A DNA stretch of 59,166 bases, the filler included, from Sphacelaria rigidula (lineage: Eukaryota), in assembly GCA_964200075.2 (NCBI GenBank). It is 2 parts of 2 records of this genome, joined end to end, with 100 filler letters (N's around TTAATTAATTAA, not from the genome) between each part and the next. Parts side by side here need not be neighbours in the genome. Positions count along the whole stretch, not along the records: positions 1 to 29,543 come from CAXNAA020000077.1; positions 29,644 to 59,166 come from CAXNAA020000078.1. One strand, written 5' to 3'. Made by a program: the position numbers and the translations under genes. The notes below the pieces were generated by a model, which saw only the letters and a list, made by a program, of their open reading frames with translations, was not told where the DNA came from and did no database searches. Every line of letters starts with the position of its first letter. Position 1 is the first letter of the stretch. Positions 24,449 to 36,600 of this stretch are shown here, in pieces.

Positions 24449-25902
24449 CCCTTTTGGGACCGACCCCCCACTAACACGGGGTTGATCCTGTGTTGGTGAA
24501 ATAATAGAAACAAGTATTCGAGCGACCTGCCCAATCACGGCGAGGCGAAATTTATTCTCCAGACCCGAACGACCAGTGCTGGGGTTGTTGGCGAGTATGA
24601 TGTCACTGTAAAGATCGTGTGGGGACCCTATCCATGGCCCAGATAAGCATTCGCAGGTTTCGAAGCGCAGGGTGTCGGAACTTGGTTATATGATATGACT
24701 TGCACTCAGTAAATCGTTCCCGAGTTTTCCGGTGGGTTTTCGGGTCTCAATTCCCTACTAAAACGTAGTAATTTACACGAACACAGGGTCGACCGGTGAA
24801 GCCGGGAAGGAGTGTACATGCTACCATGTGGTCATTTTCACCACGCCCTGAAACCAGGTGGGCTGTGGAAAGGCAAGACGATCTACTCATGAGTTCTGCT
24901 TATAACACGGGATCTTACAAATTGGGGATGGGAAACCGGAGAATTAAAATATTCGAAATATGGTTCCATTTCTTGAGCTGCTGATAGCTACCGACAATAA
25001 CTACACGCCATACAAATTTTAACTCCGATCACTGACAGTTTGGGGTCCTAGGTGAAAAACCAATTTTGGGGCATTCCGGGTGTCCAAACGGACGCCAAAA
25101 TGGTTCCGAAATTGGTGTATCACCTAGGACCCCAACATTTCAGTGATCGAAATCCAAATTTATATGGCATGTAGCAGTTGTCAATCTATCAGAAGATGAA
25201 TGAATGGAACCATATTTCAAAGATTTGGTGTGGATGCGAAGATTTCAATTCTCCGGCTTTCTCATCCCCAATAAAAGATCCACCCCCAATTTGTAAGATC
25301 CCGTGTTTTATCCCTCTGGCGATGACTTTCAGGGTACAGTCCACATGTACTGTACGTAGTGAACGGGGATCAGAAAGCTGTATATATATTAGGCAGCTGA
25401 TTTCGGTAGCTGACAAATGCCCAGAACGTGCGAGGGAGTATGCAGCGGCAGCTGCTGCTTCAGTCGGATAGGCGGACTACACTGTACTGTACTATTATAT
25501 ACTGTTGTATGCATGCGTGCCGCAACGCTGATACCCTTCGAAGAGAATTTGCCGCATGCAACAAGGGGGGAAAAGGCGGCCCACCCCGAACACAAAGGGC
25601 TGTGTGGCAAGGTGGTGGGAACAAAAGTATCATCCAAAGCCACGGGTGGCGGGCGGCTCGCCGGTCGCCGCATCTTGTTGAAAGCTCTCCACCACAACCC
25701 ATACCGCTTGCTACATCAGATGTACACCACCTAGTGCGCACCCCGCACCTGAAAATAGATCGGATGAAACTTTCGGTCTGCGTCACGACCCTGCGGTTAC
25801 ATACGCAAAGTATCAGCAACACGTCACTGTTTCGTGCAGACGCCAGACACGTCATTCCTGACCAGCCTCATTGGTCGTTCTGCAGGCCCGGTCCCGAAAG
25901 GG
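24449..25902 (-). mobile_element. piggyBac-like MITE, copy 2 (inverted), containing a nested foldback MITE
   Basis: TTCA|CCCTTTTGGGACCG ... CGGTCCCGAAAGGG|TTAA; colinear reverse complement of 11552-12591 apart from the 24904-25307 insertion. Confidence 0.85.
24904..25307. mobile_element. Palindromic (foldback) MITE, copy 1, 4-bp TSD TTAT
   Basis: TIR AACACGGGATCTTACAAATTGGGG / CCCCAATTTGTAAGATCCCGTGTT; the empty site is visible in the sister MITE near 12130; second copy at 58222-58641. Confidence 0.9.
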
Positions 25903-26038
25903 TTAAGATCGCCATCGATTTGTGTTCCGACTCTTGCATGTACTCGCCATCAAAGTAAAAGTGACTGCACGTCGGCTGCACTAATCTGAGCGCAGGTGGG
26001 ACGCGCGACGCATCAAAGCGGAGAGGGCGGGCGTACCG

Positions 26039-26524
26039 ATGGAGGACTTCCAAGAACCTCGCGCCGAAACGGCAAACGATGTGCGGGAGCGTGGGCAGCA
26101 GTTCTTGGAAGCGCTGTTAGAAGAAGCTCGCGAGGCACGTGCTCGAAGCAGTAGCAACTGCGATACGGGGAAGGACATCAGAACGGGAGGGGCAACAGAG
26201 CGGCACAGCACCTCTGTCGCGAGTGCCTCATCGCCGATTGCTCATCTGAGTAGCGAGGAGATGAGAGCGCTCATAGTATCGCACGGAGGATTTCTTTACG
26301 AGATGTTGGCCAATGTGCTGGGGCTCGGGAAGAAGGTTGGGCTCCCCAGTAATTGTTCAGTTAGTATCGTAGACGTCTATGAAGCGAGTGTACGTGAGAA
26401 AGGGGGGCAAGAGATGCGGCGAGCTTCTTTTGTCCCGCGAGTGATAAATGACTTCGCACACATGGTCGATGCCGGGCTGGCCACGGCGAACCGCGTGGAA
26501 AACCTCGATGTAGATGAAAAGTGA
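26039..26524 (+). pseudogene. Possible coding remnant of unknown function
   Basis: 161-aa ATG-initiated ORF with protein-like composition (acidic helix QFLEALLEEAREARAR); no recognised domain and no convincing splice partners. Confidence 0.25.
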
Positions 26525-29500
26525 CGGGATACCAAGATCAGGCTTGTTTCTGAAATCGTGAGTGCAGTCGTCACCGTTGGTCGGCCTTACGACCGCGTGC
26601 GGGTTGTTTCTGCACAGCTGTATGTGTAACCTCTGGAGATGTTCTATTTCTTCTTCTCTGAAATGCTGAAAAAGTGAGAGTGCAGGAGATGTGGGGTTGC
26701 ACAAAAATATGCCATGTCAAAACTGAGCCACATTTTCTGGGATAGCTCGCGAGACACGGGATCATCTCTCCGGGCACAACTCGGTGACAGGAGTGACTGT
26801 GAGTGTTGGACTTTGAAAGTGATACGATCGCGGGTGCCATGTGAGCGTTGGCGACTAAGGCGAGGGAAGAGGCGAGTACGAAGGAGGAGGGGGGAGTCGA
26901 TTGGTATTCCTATCTCAGCTTCGCTGCAGATATCGCGAGGGGTCGGACCCAAATGGCCTCAAGCCATCCCGAAAAGCGCGTCAGAGCTGACACATGTTGC
27001 GATTTAGCGCTGGTATGTTGAGTTGACGTACGTCTACGACAAGTTGACCAAAGGCTTCGTAGTGCCACCTATGAATACGCAATAAAGGTAGAGTCATAGT
27101 GTCCCTCACTAGCGTTCTCTGTGTCCCTGTTCCCCACGCTGCCTCCAGCCTGTCAGCACGACCAGCTATGTTGAGGGGTACAAGTACCATGCAACAAAAC
27201 CTCGCTGTGAAGTCGGGGTGGCGATCTCCTCTCTATCACACTTGTACAGTGTTTTGTGTTGATGTTGAATTTCATGAAATGCTTGTTTCGAGTATCATCA
27301 CGCACCCTGCCTATTTCTGCATCTTGGGGGGGCTGTAGCCATGATCTGGCACGCCGTAGTCATGTGACCACTGACCTCGTCCCTTCAAAGCCGGGATGGA
27401 GCTCGCCAGTTTTCCACCGGACCAGGCTCGCAATCCATCATCAAGCGCGAAACACCGTGATGGGTTCGGCGCGTCGCATGAAGGCTGAGCTGCATCATGC
27501 GAAGATAACTTTGACCTGAAGCGTACTGATTATCTTGCATTTGGATGACAGCCTCCAATGAGTTGCGTTATTTTCCGGTATCGCCACTTCCAGAGACAGT
27601 CGTGGCTTACACACCACCTCATGGGTGTCTCACCATTCCAACATTGCGTATTACGATCATCCCCTTTGCGCGGGATTGGGGTTCTCCCACTCCGCACAAA
27701 ATCATCTAGCTCGACCACCCTCATGGTTACCGCAAATGAATGCAAGCGCGCAAATAAAAACGGCAACCGAGTTGCCTAGCTTACGCAGTGAGAGGCATGT
27801 CGCACAGCATCGTGGCCAACCGATGCCAACCCCATAGGGGGTCCGTCGGTACAAAGCCAGGGCAGAGTACGCTGGGTTTTCGCTGGATCAGGCCAGGGGG
27901 AGTGCCTGCACTTAGCTGTGGTCCCATCATCGCTTCCCACCCACAGAAAAATCCCCGGCTTCGCCAGTTGAATCTAAACTGCTCGTCTCCGACTGATCGA
28001 ATGCATGCATATGATGAGTCAAATGGGCAAACGCAACTTCATCAAGACACGGGAGGTTAAGATGTGTTGCCCTTGATACAGATACACTCCAATTGTGTAT
28101 ACGGTGCCTCGGGTGAGTTCCGCTCCGCTCGGCATTTCCTCGAGCTCGCACTTGCAGCATGGCGCACAAAAGAAAATACCATGTCAAGAAAGACTGTCTC
28201 CCACGATTACCCAACCCAACGATGATCGACACCTGAACAGCCAATCCCCCGCTAGAAAAAGCTTACGGTATCGTAGGAGAGCCTGCTGTGCTGCAGTCTC
28301 GTACCAATAAGCATTGTCCCCGTCCTCACACGTGGCCTTAGTACACTTTCTGTTACTCAACTGGTTGCTTTCACTTCGGTGGTGTGTTGACAAGTGACCA
28401 CACGCTCATGATCATACCGCATCATCTTTATTACTACTCCCGCACATTAGTGCTATCTCTCGAACCCGTGGTGGCGGACGCAGACCCGTCTTTCCAATAC
28501 CGCCCATGCTTTGCTCACGAGACGTGAGAGTTCTCATCGCTTTGCCTGTGACTCCGAACAAAAACGAGAACAAAACAAATAGAAACGCTGCCATTCATCA
28601 ACGCAATGTCCTACTCGCCTTCGCGTCCCAGCAAGCTTTGATTTCCTCGTATCTCCGCCACTGTGGCCGTTGCCGTCACTTTTGTCGCTCGCACCCCCTG
28701 TGTTTTCGCCCCCTCGCCTCTTCCTGCCCCTAACTCGTCCCTCGGCAATCCTCGACTTGTCACAATCCTCGTCCCCTCCCCGCTTTACATGTTGGTGTTG
28801 TCTTATCGTTACTTTGGTTTTCCTTCACAACGAATAAACTGTGTGAACACGAGTGGGCTATTGAATCTTCATGGGCAGCAAGGGCCCCTTCGGCCCCTGG
28901 CAACGGATATGTTAATTTGCTATGAGGCATGATTGGTTGAATGGGTCAGGGTCGGGCACTAGTCTAATGCCCGACGAAAGACGCGTGTTTTGTCGGATGA
29001 TGATCTTCGGTACAGCTATATCTCCATCTGTGGAATTAAGAATACTTCTCTTGATGCAAACATTTCTCACTCAGGAGTTCCATCTGCAGGCACTCAAAGG
29101 GTTCGCGTGCGGTGTATACTCAAGAGTCACAATGCGCAACCTATCGTCCCTGCACACATGGAAAAACCTCCTGTTCCCAGCCCCAGATCCTGAACTCACG
29201 TTAGCTGCGCGGTAGAAATACAGATTTTCAACACATGTATTACTATGGCGTTGACATCGGTGCAAGGTTGGGCGTGCACTCTCAATCAAGATCTATGGTG
29301 TCCACTACGGAGAGAGACACTGCTCTCACACGAAGTTTCCGACCGTCTCAGGCGGGGGAGTACATATGTCTGCCGCTGTCAGCGGAAACATTGCGATCTC
29401 GTACCACCTTTGTCCGCTCTATTCGAACTGTAATCTAGCAGCCCCGTGTCTACACCAGGTCAAGTCATCAGCATACTTCCTCTGTCCCACAAGTAAAGTC

Positions 29501-29543
29501 CGTTATGTTTACATGAGCCCTTAACGGTGTCCGATTTGATTTT

Positions 29544-29643
29544 NNNNNNNNNNNNNNNNNNNNNNNNNNNNNNNNNNNNNNNNNNNNTTAATTAATTAAN
29601 NNNNNNNNNNNNNNNNNNNNNNNNNNNNNNNNNNNNNNNNNNN
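29544..29643. other. Assembly gap / artificial linker (N44-TTAATTAATTAA-N44)
   Basis: Exactly 100 bp of N with a central six-frame stop sequence at 29588-29599. Confidence 0.97.
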
Positions 29644-29708
29644 GGTCATGATTTATGCCCCAAATGAGCTGACCCGGATCTGTCACGACCTGATCCGTCC
29701 GACGTGTG
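29644..29708. mobile_element. End of a hAT-like repeat truncated by the gap
   Basis: Ends in GATCCGTCCGACGTGTG, the same TIR type as the 11258-13034 element. Confidence 0.55.
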
Positions 29709-30676
29709 TTCAAGTTCCCCACCTTTCTTCTCTGCGTCGCTTGCCCTTATTTTCTAGTGCGAGAGGGGTTCAACAATCCCTTTCCCTCGTCGACCATCAA
29801 GTCGAATATTTCGTGTAACCACGATGGTCGCTGAGATAGTTGAAGTCACGCTGTATAGCCAAGACACATTGCTACCGATTGCTTCTGGTGCTGCTGTGAT
29901 ACACCCTTGCCGTGAATCATTAATCAGAGCTGAAATCGAGGGGCACGACTAATAAACATCGCACTATTTATATTTCCTAAGGTTATGAGAATAATTTTGG
30001 CCTCTAACGACGGCTACTAGCAAATGCTGCTTGCATATGAAATCACCGCGCTGGGTTTCGTACTATTAATACAGTAGGTGGTTTATCCACATTCACGTTT
30101 CGGAAGGGCATAATAGAGAATGACTTTTGGGCTTGTACAAATACTATACCGATACAGGTATCTGGTACGGAGGAATTCATCCTCAATTGGTGCGCTGTAG
30201 TCGGTGGAAGTGAGTCGGAGTCTATCAAGGACACACCTTCAGAAATCACCTATACATAGGCTCCCCGATATTGGTGACTGGATGCTTCATCGAGTTTGTC
30301 GACTCCGATGTGTCTTGTTTTTAAGGGGTGATATCTAAAGTGACGTTATCGCTGGCGCGGGTGAGAGTACAGTACCTGTATGTAGTAAATAACGGTCAAA
30401 TCTAAATCCCAGCGTCCGCACGACACGCAATTGACGATTGGTTGTAAGTGAAGGAGGTGCATTTTTGACCAGGCGTAAAACACACAAATCACCTGTCCTC
30501 GAAAGATAGATCCCACACATCATAGAACTTACGTGCTCATTTTTATGCGGTCACTCCTCCTGTTGTTGCTAAGCGGCAACGGCTCCTCCGAGGCCCCCTC
30601 ATCCCCAGCAACGCACTTGCGGAGAATCCAGGCTGGAACAGCTAAATGCATTAGGCAGCAGCTCAACAATCGTGAT

Positions 30677-33600
30677 ATGGATCCTCGTTCCTCTGAAAGT
30701 TTAGCCCTCCCCACCTGCCCCCTACCAGATTTTCCCCCTCTCGCATCTTCTCCTGGTCCTGCTGGCTTCCGTTTCAAGTAAAGGATGGATGCTACGAGGC
30801 CGGCGAGAACGACACACGGCACCAGGATCGATGGTGAAGCAAGTGGATTGGTTCTACATCGTTGGAAGGAATCGCTGAGCTCTGGCCACTTTACTGTTAA
30901 TAAATCCGGTTGATGATCATCTTCACAGCTTTTTGAAGAATGATCTGGTCTATTGAGGGTCAAATTTTCCTGTGCCATTGGAAGGACGACAGGACATACA
31001 CGCCACAACAATAGGAGGGAAACAGCTGTAGGTAATGCGGTTCACAACAGAGGAGGTATGGTTGTGGAAAATGACAGTAGTAATAAACATCGAAAACGAC
31101 CATAATACCGATGTGGAGGATTTCAACGTCAATATTGGTGATCGTCAAAAATAGAATTCAATTCAAGGAGTGCGGTAACCATTATATTTTAAAATCAATT
31201 TTTGGGTGTGATGATGCTTATTGTTGAACACGAAGTTAGGGTTTGCCGGATGTGTCTGGGTATACTCTCTGATCAACGGGATCTGCCTCAGTTTGAGATC
31301 GAATGTGATGGAATAGGCTTGCTCCCTGTAGTGCAAAGGTGCTGGATGTAAAGTTGCAGTCCGCACATGATGGCTTCACCCGGCGGGTCAGGCGAGTTCC
31401 TTCCTAGATCTCGAGCGGGGTCAACAGCTGAGGATGAACTAGAAACGGAAGCAGACGTGCTGCGTGAGCTGCAGTTCCTCCACGAGTGAGTAATCCCATA
31501 CCAGATCATCTCGAAGTGCAACTGTCCTGCTACTGTACCCCTGTACGGTCCGTGTCCTACATCACCTCCCTCAAGCAGACAGTTTCGACTACTCTACTAT
31601 ACATACGACACTCTGCTGTATTTTGTTGCCTGGAACGCTCCTTTTGTTGTTGTGTCGAGTAGGCAATTGGCTCAGGTGCGCAAGGGCCAAAAGGATCAGG
31701 AGTCTGGTGGAGCGAGAGTGGTGGAGGCGGAGAAAAAGCTCATAATCTGCGCTGTGAAGAAGCCTGTCAAGCTCAGCGAGTCACCTGATGGCGAGCGGCG
31801 GGTGAGATTTATCCCCACGGCGCTTCAGTCCAGTATCATTGCCAATTCTGCAACAAGTTGGTCCGAGTCATACCGCATTTGTTGTGCATGACATTCGGTG
31901 CCCATCTTGCAATACTGTGCCAATGATGGCAGCTTGGACGGCGACTTATCGGTTCCTTTTCCCATAATGATCGAGTGTGCTATTATATCGTTCTGGTCGG
32001 CACAGGCTCCGGTTGTCGGCATCGTTGTAGATCGAATGCGTCTCGTCTTCGCAACCTTCTCGGCCGCTCAATGTCGCCTGCTTCCGCATATCCGCAAACG
32101 TGGTATCCATTACATAGGAGTACAAAGATAGCGTGGGTGGATTCAAGAGCGCGATCGATTCTCTCATCCCCAGCAACAGGTGTGTTGAGGACGGGTGCTG
32201 CTGACTTATGACGTCGTGAGTGTTTTGTGACATAGACGACGCCCACTCATCCTCTGGAAAGAACGCTCTTGTTTTGGCTTTCTATGACTGGTAACGTGGT
32301 GGGTGCCACTTCCCTTAAAAACGACGACCCCTGTTGTCGAAAAAACTTTGAGAAAAAAGACTCTCTGTACTGGTCCGAGATGAATCTATGCATGTTTTGG
32401 AGCCCTTGAACCATGGATTTGCACGTGCAGACGTCTGCGATGGAAATACTTTCAAGAGAGCTTTCATTCGATGTAGGTTGCGACCCCTCCGACGTCGGAC
32501 CACCAAAGATGAAGACCAGAGCATGCCTCAAAAGTGAAGTGATTTCCACCGCCATATCTTTGTACAAAAATTGCTGGTATTTTTGCCGTATACCCTGACG
32601 GGGTCAACTTCATCACGTGAACTCCACCGTAGGTTGTTCCAGTAAGCACTAGCATCACGTGTCATCGTACAATGCTCTAACCCCAACATCCTAACTCGAA
32701 ATCATCACGAGAACTTGAAATCCAAAGAGATGAACCGATACAATCGTCGTTTATATGTCCTTGTTTCCACCACTCGCCCCTATCCAGGGTACGGTGGGTG
32801 AGCTGGCCGGGCGGGGTGGTGGACATGGGCAGTCGGGCAGCCGTGCGCAGGAAATTGGAGAACGAGTTCAACTGCACTCCAGTTTTTCTCTCCCAAGAGG
32901 TATACAAACGGCAATACAGATTCGGCGTGTCAGATGTATTCTTTGGCGCGAGGTCAAGTGCTGTGCATCACAACGCGTCTTGTGTTGATATTCATGCGTG
33001 ATGATAACACTTCCGTTCAGGTGGAAGATCTGTACTACCATCAGTTCACCCAAGGAGTGCTGTGGCCACTCTTCCACGGCATCCCAACCAATTTCAACGA
33101 GGGTCTTCTGGACAACTTTCAGGGCCAGTATGAGGTGAAACACGAGCAGTACACGCTATGCGATATCCTATGCCAAGAAGATTGCATTAATTCCCAGTGC
33201 TTCGGTGTGCACCATATTGACATACATTTGCCTGTACTTTGTGGAGGCCTGTTCTCGAGTTCGACGCTATCAGTTACTGAAGCGTAGGTTAGTGAACCGA
33301 CGAGGGTCTATGTTGCTGAGAGGAAGTTGCGATACATCAATCGTTGTTGCTAATTCGCTCAACTCTTTCACTGCTCACTTATGACAAGGCATATGCGCAC
33401 GCGAACAAGCTCTTTCTTGAGGCAGTGGCCGGCATGTACGAGGAGGGAGACATTGTGCTGGTACATGACTACGATCTAATGCTGCTACCTGCTCTCCTAA
33501 GGAAGAGGTTTCCCGATATCACTTGCGGGTTCTTCCTTCACTGCCCCTTTCCCTCCACAGGTAGGTCGCAGCGATAACGTGCCGTGATGGTAGCTGCGGT

Positions 33601-36600
33601 AATTGCTCCCCTCGTCTCGGCACTTCTGTGGTAACACTTCCGTCGTGTTTGAGCAAAAAAGTGCTGTTTGTAAGCGCTGTTGAATGAGCTGCTTGATACT
33701 CATTACCGGAGGCCACCTCGATACATGGTCCAGATGATATCGTTGCACGCGCGTGCCAAAGACATGGCGTCGACAGCCAATCTAGGATCACCTGTTGTGC
33801 CCAACGTGCGTTTGTGTTTCCCCCACTCAAATGTTCCCGGAGGGCAGAGTTTTACCGAATGCTTCCCGTGCGACAAGTGTTGCTCGAGGGCATTCTTGGC
33901 GCAGACCTTGTGTCTTTCAACCACTTCGACTACGTGCGACACTTTCTCAACTCGTGTACACGGTAAGTTGTGGCAATGCGAGTTGGTGAACAAGATCTTC
34001 ATGCGTAGAGTGTGCATCACCTGAGAATCGAGACGTCTTCTGAATATCATCGATTGTACTGGTGCCAAGACGTCGCTAGTACCACGTCAAATGCTTTTTT
34101 TCTCGCCCACCAAGGCGGGTGCAACTTTGTACAGTAGACCCGCACGTGTTGAAGTCAAGTACGCTGCCCGTACACGACACGGCAGTTTTAACGCTAGAAA
34201 TCGTTCTGGTTCATGATATACGTTAGAGTACTTCTAAAGTGTGCGTAGAAGGACAGTTGGCAGGGACATGCGTTGGACCGGCAAAGTAGCGACTTTCTTG
34301 AACATGGCTACGCGATAGACACATTTGTTCCAGGGATGGCTTTTTTCACGCAGCATGCTCCTTTAGGTATTGTCGATCAGCCAACTGACTCTCAAGAAAC
34401 TAAATATTCGCCCCGTTGTTCCCATCCTGTTTGCGAGAAGGATATTGGGGCTGGAGTCTTATCCCCATCGTATTGAGTACAATGGGCGCTTAATAAGCGT
34501 CAGCATCTGCCCGATGGGAATACACCCAGAGGCGTTCGAGATTACGCCAGATGTCACGTGAGTTTGCATTACTGTAAGGCTACCCCGCCGGGAGTTCGCG
34601 TGATGATGTCCGTCCGTGCTATTTTCGTACGCAAGATATATAATATACATCGACAAGGACTGCGTGTGGTTTTACCCTGGACATCCGCATGATGGCTCTT
34701 GACCAGAATCATTGTTGAATGATCTTGCCCTCAAAGTACATGTGACCCCTTCGTCGCACTAATTGTTCCACTATGCGTCGAGGGTAGTGAGCGCTACCAT
34801 GTGGTTTGCATTCTGCGGATTGTCGAGTGATTGGTCTAGCGACAGGATTGCTATATTTCAGTGTACACACAGCTTGTTTGTGACCGACGGTAGGTCTGGC
34901 ATTGGAACGTGAGTTGTTGGTGATTGCGCGCTAGCCGTACAGTGAAGTCACGCTTGCATCGATTCCACGTGGATTCGATGTGTCAACCGCAGGATGGCTG
35001 ATCTGTCGTGGTAGATTCGTCCGTACTCATCAAGAAGTTGTCATACGGGTAACTTGATGGTTCTCGCAGATAATTGTGAAGTGCGAGTCTCACGGCATCC
35101 TTTGCTTCCTCCCGTACAGGTCATTCATGGAGCGTCTACGCCGCGTGTTCCATACCGACAAGCGCAAGGTTATCGTGAGCATCGATCGACTCGACCTCTG
35201 CAAGGTATAGTACGTTGTGCTAGACCGAAAAAACGTGAACCGAGATGTTCGCTGCGACTCTTTTGGGTGCCATCACCGGTTGTGCCAACATGTAAGCAAA
35301 TCACGGTAAAGTTTTTTCTTGTCGCACTTTGAACTGGCCCCCTCCCTCGGGGCGTGGTCTCGAAGAATTAATCCGTCCCTCCCCCGGTACACGCCTTGCA
35401 TTTTGGTCTCGCGGACTGGGTCATGACTATAAACATTCCCGCACCGCGTCAACTCTCGTCGAACAAACTCAGTCAAAAAAAAAATTTACTCGCGTACTCA
35501 CGCTTTTGACGGTGGAAATCAGATCCTTTGAAGAAATAACCCAACGCATCGGGAAGTGAACCCACATTCTATCCACCCTAATGGCGACCGTCGGACCGTT
35601 AGATCGCGGGGGGGCGGCGACAAAATTTGGGAGCCGGAAAGGACATCGTGCCGCATTTGAAGCGAAGGCACCCACATTGGTGATGCATTGTATACGCGTT
35701 TTAGTCAACATCTGCAGAGTGATCACACATGGCAAGAGTGCGGTGTTGTCGTGGATGCGGGAATCCATTCACTCCCCTCCATGTATACGTGTGACGGGTG
35801 ATTCCACGCTACTAGAGCAGTCGTCCGTGCCGGATACATGATGCTCCAGCAGAGTTGCCCAATGTCTCCCGTGTCGCTGCCATAGGGGTTCGGATTCCGG
35901 GAAATTTCAAAGTTTGCCGATTTGTGCAAATCCTGCTGTGAAGCTCTTCGTTGGCCATATCATATTATGGTTGTACCTTTGCATCCGTCCTCGACTTTCT
36001 AGGGAATCCCGTTGAAGCTGCTTGCCATCGAAAGCCTCCTGGAGAAGTACCCTGACCTTCGAGGAAATGTTGTCAAGGTCGTCGTTGTGCGTGATGACGG
36101 GCGAAAGGGAGATCGGTAAGTGAAGATGGAAACATGGTTCGAGATACATTGAGTGCTGCTGTGGTTCAAATAAATACTCGTGGCGGGTAATGCATACGCC
36201 CAGGACGTCCTCTGGTGGTCGCCACCGAAGATGTTGTTCCTGTTGTTATTGCCAGTGACTCGACATGAAGATACCAATGGCATGTTGCTCAAGTCGTAAA
36301 CGATGTGCTCGTTCGCAGGGATCTGCGGAAGGCTGTGGACCGTCTGGTGGGGCGCGTCAACGCCAAGTATGGAAAAGCAGACTACTGCCCTGTCCACTAC
36401 GTGAAAAAAAAACTGTCGCACGTGTGAGTAAAACCTGGGCTGTGAGCTTGTTTGCACCTCCACGGTTGTGCCAGCCGAGTGTATGCAGAACTACGAAACT
36501 GGGCACGTGCAGATATTGCAATCCATCTCACCGTGACGTTGTATTTGCTTCAAGCTGAGAGCCCGCATTGTTCACATACAGATGCGTGTATAACGGGATC

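Noticed and set aside
29588..29599. TTAATTAATTAA as a biological palindrome or piggyBac site
   Set aside because: It is centred in exactly 100 bp of N, so it is an artificial six-frame-stop linker. Adjacency of the two sides is therefore unverified.
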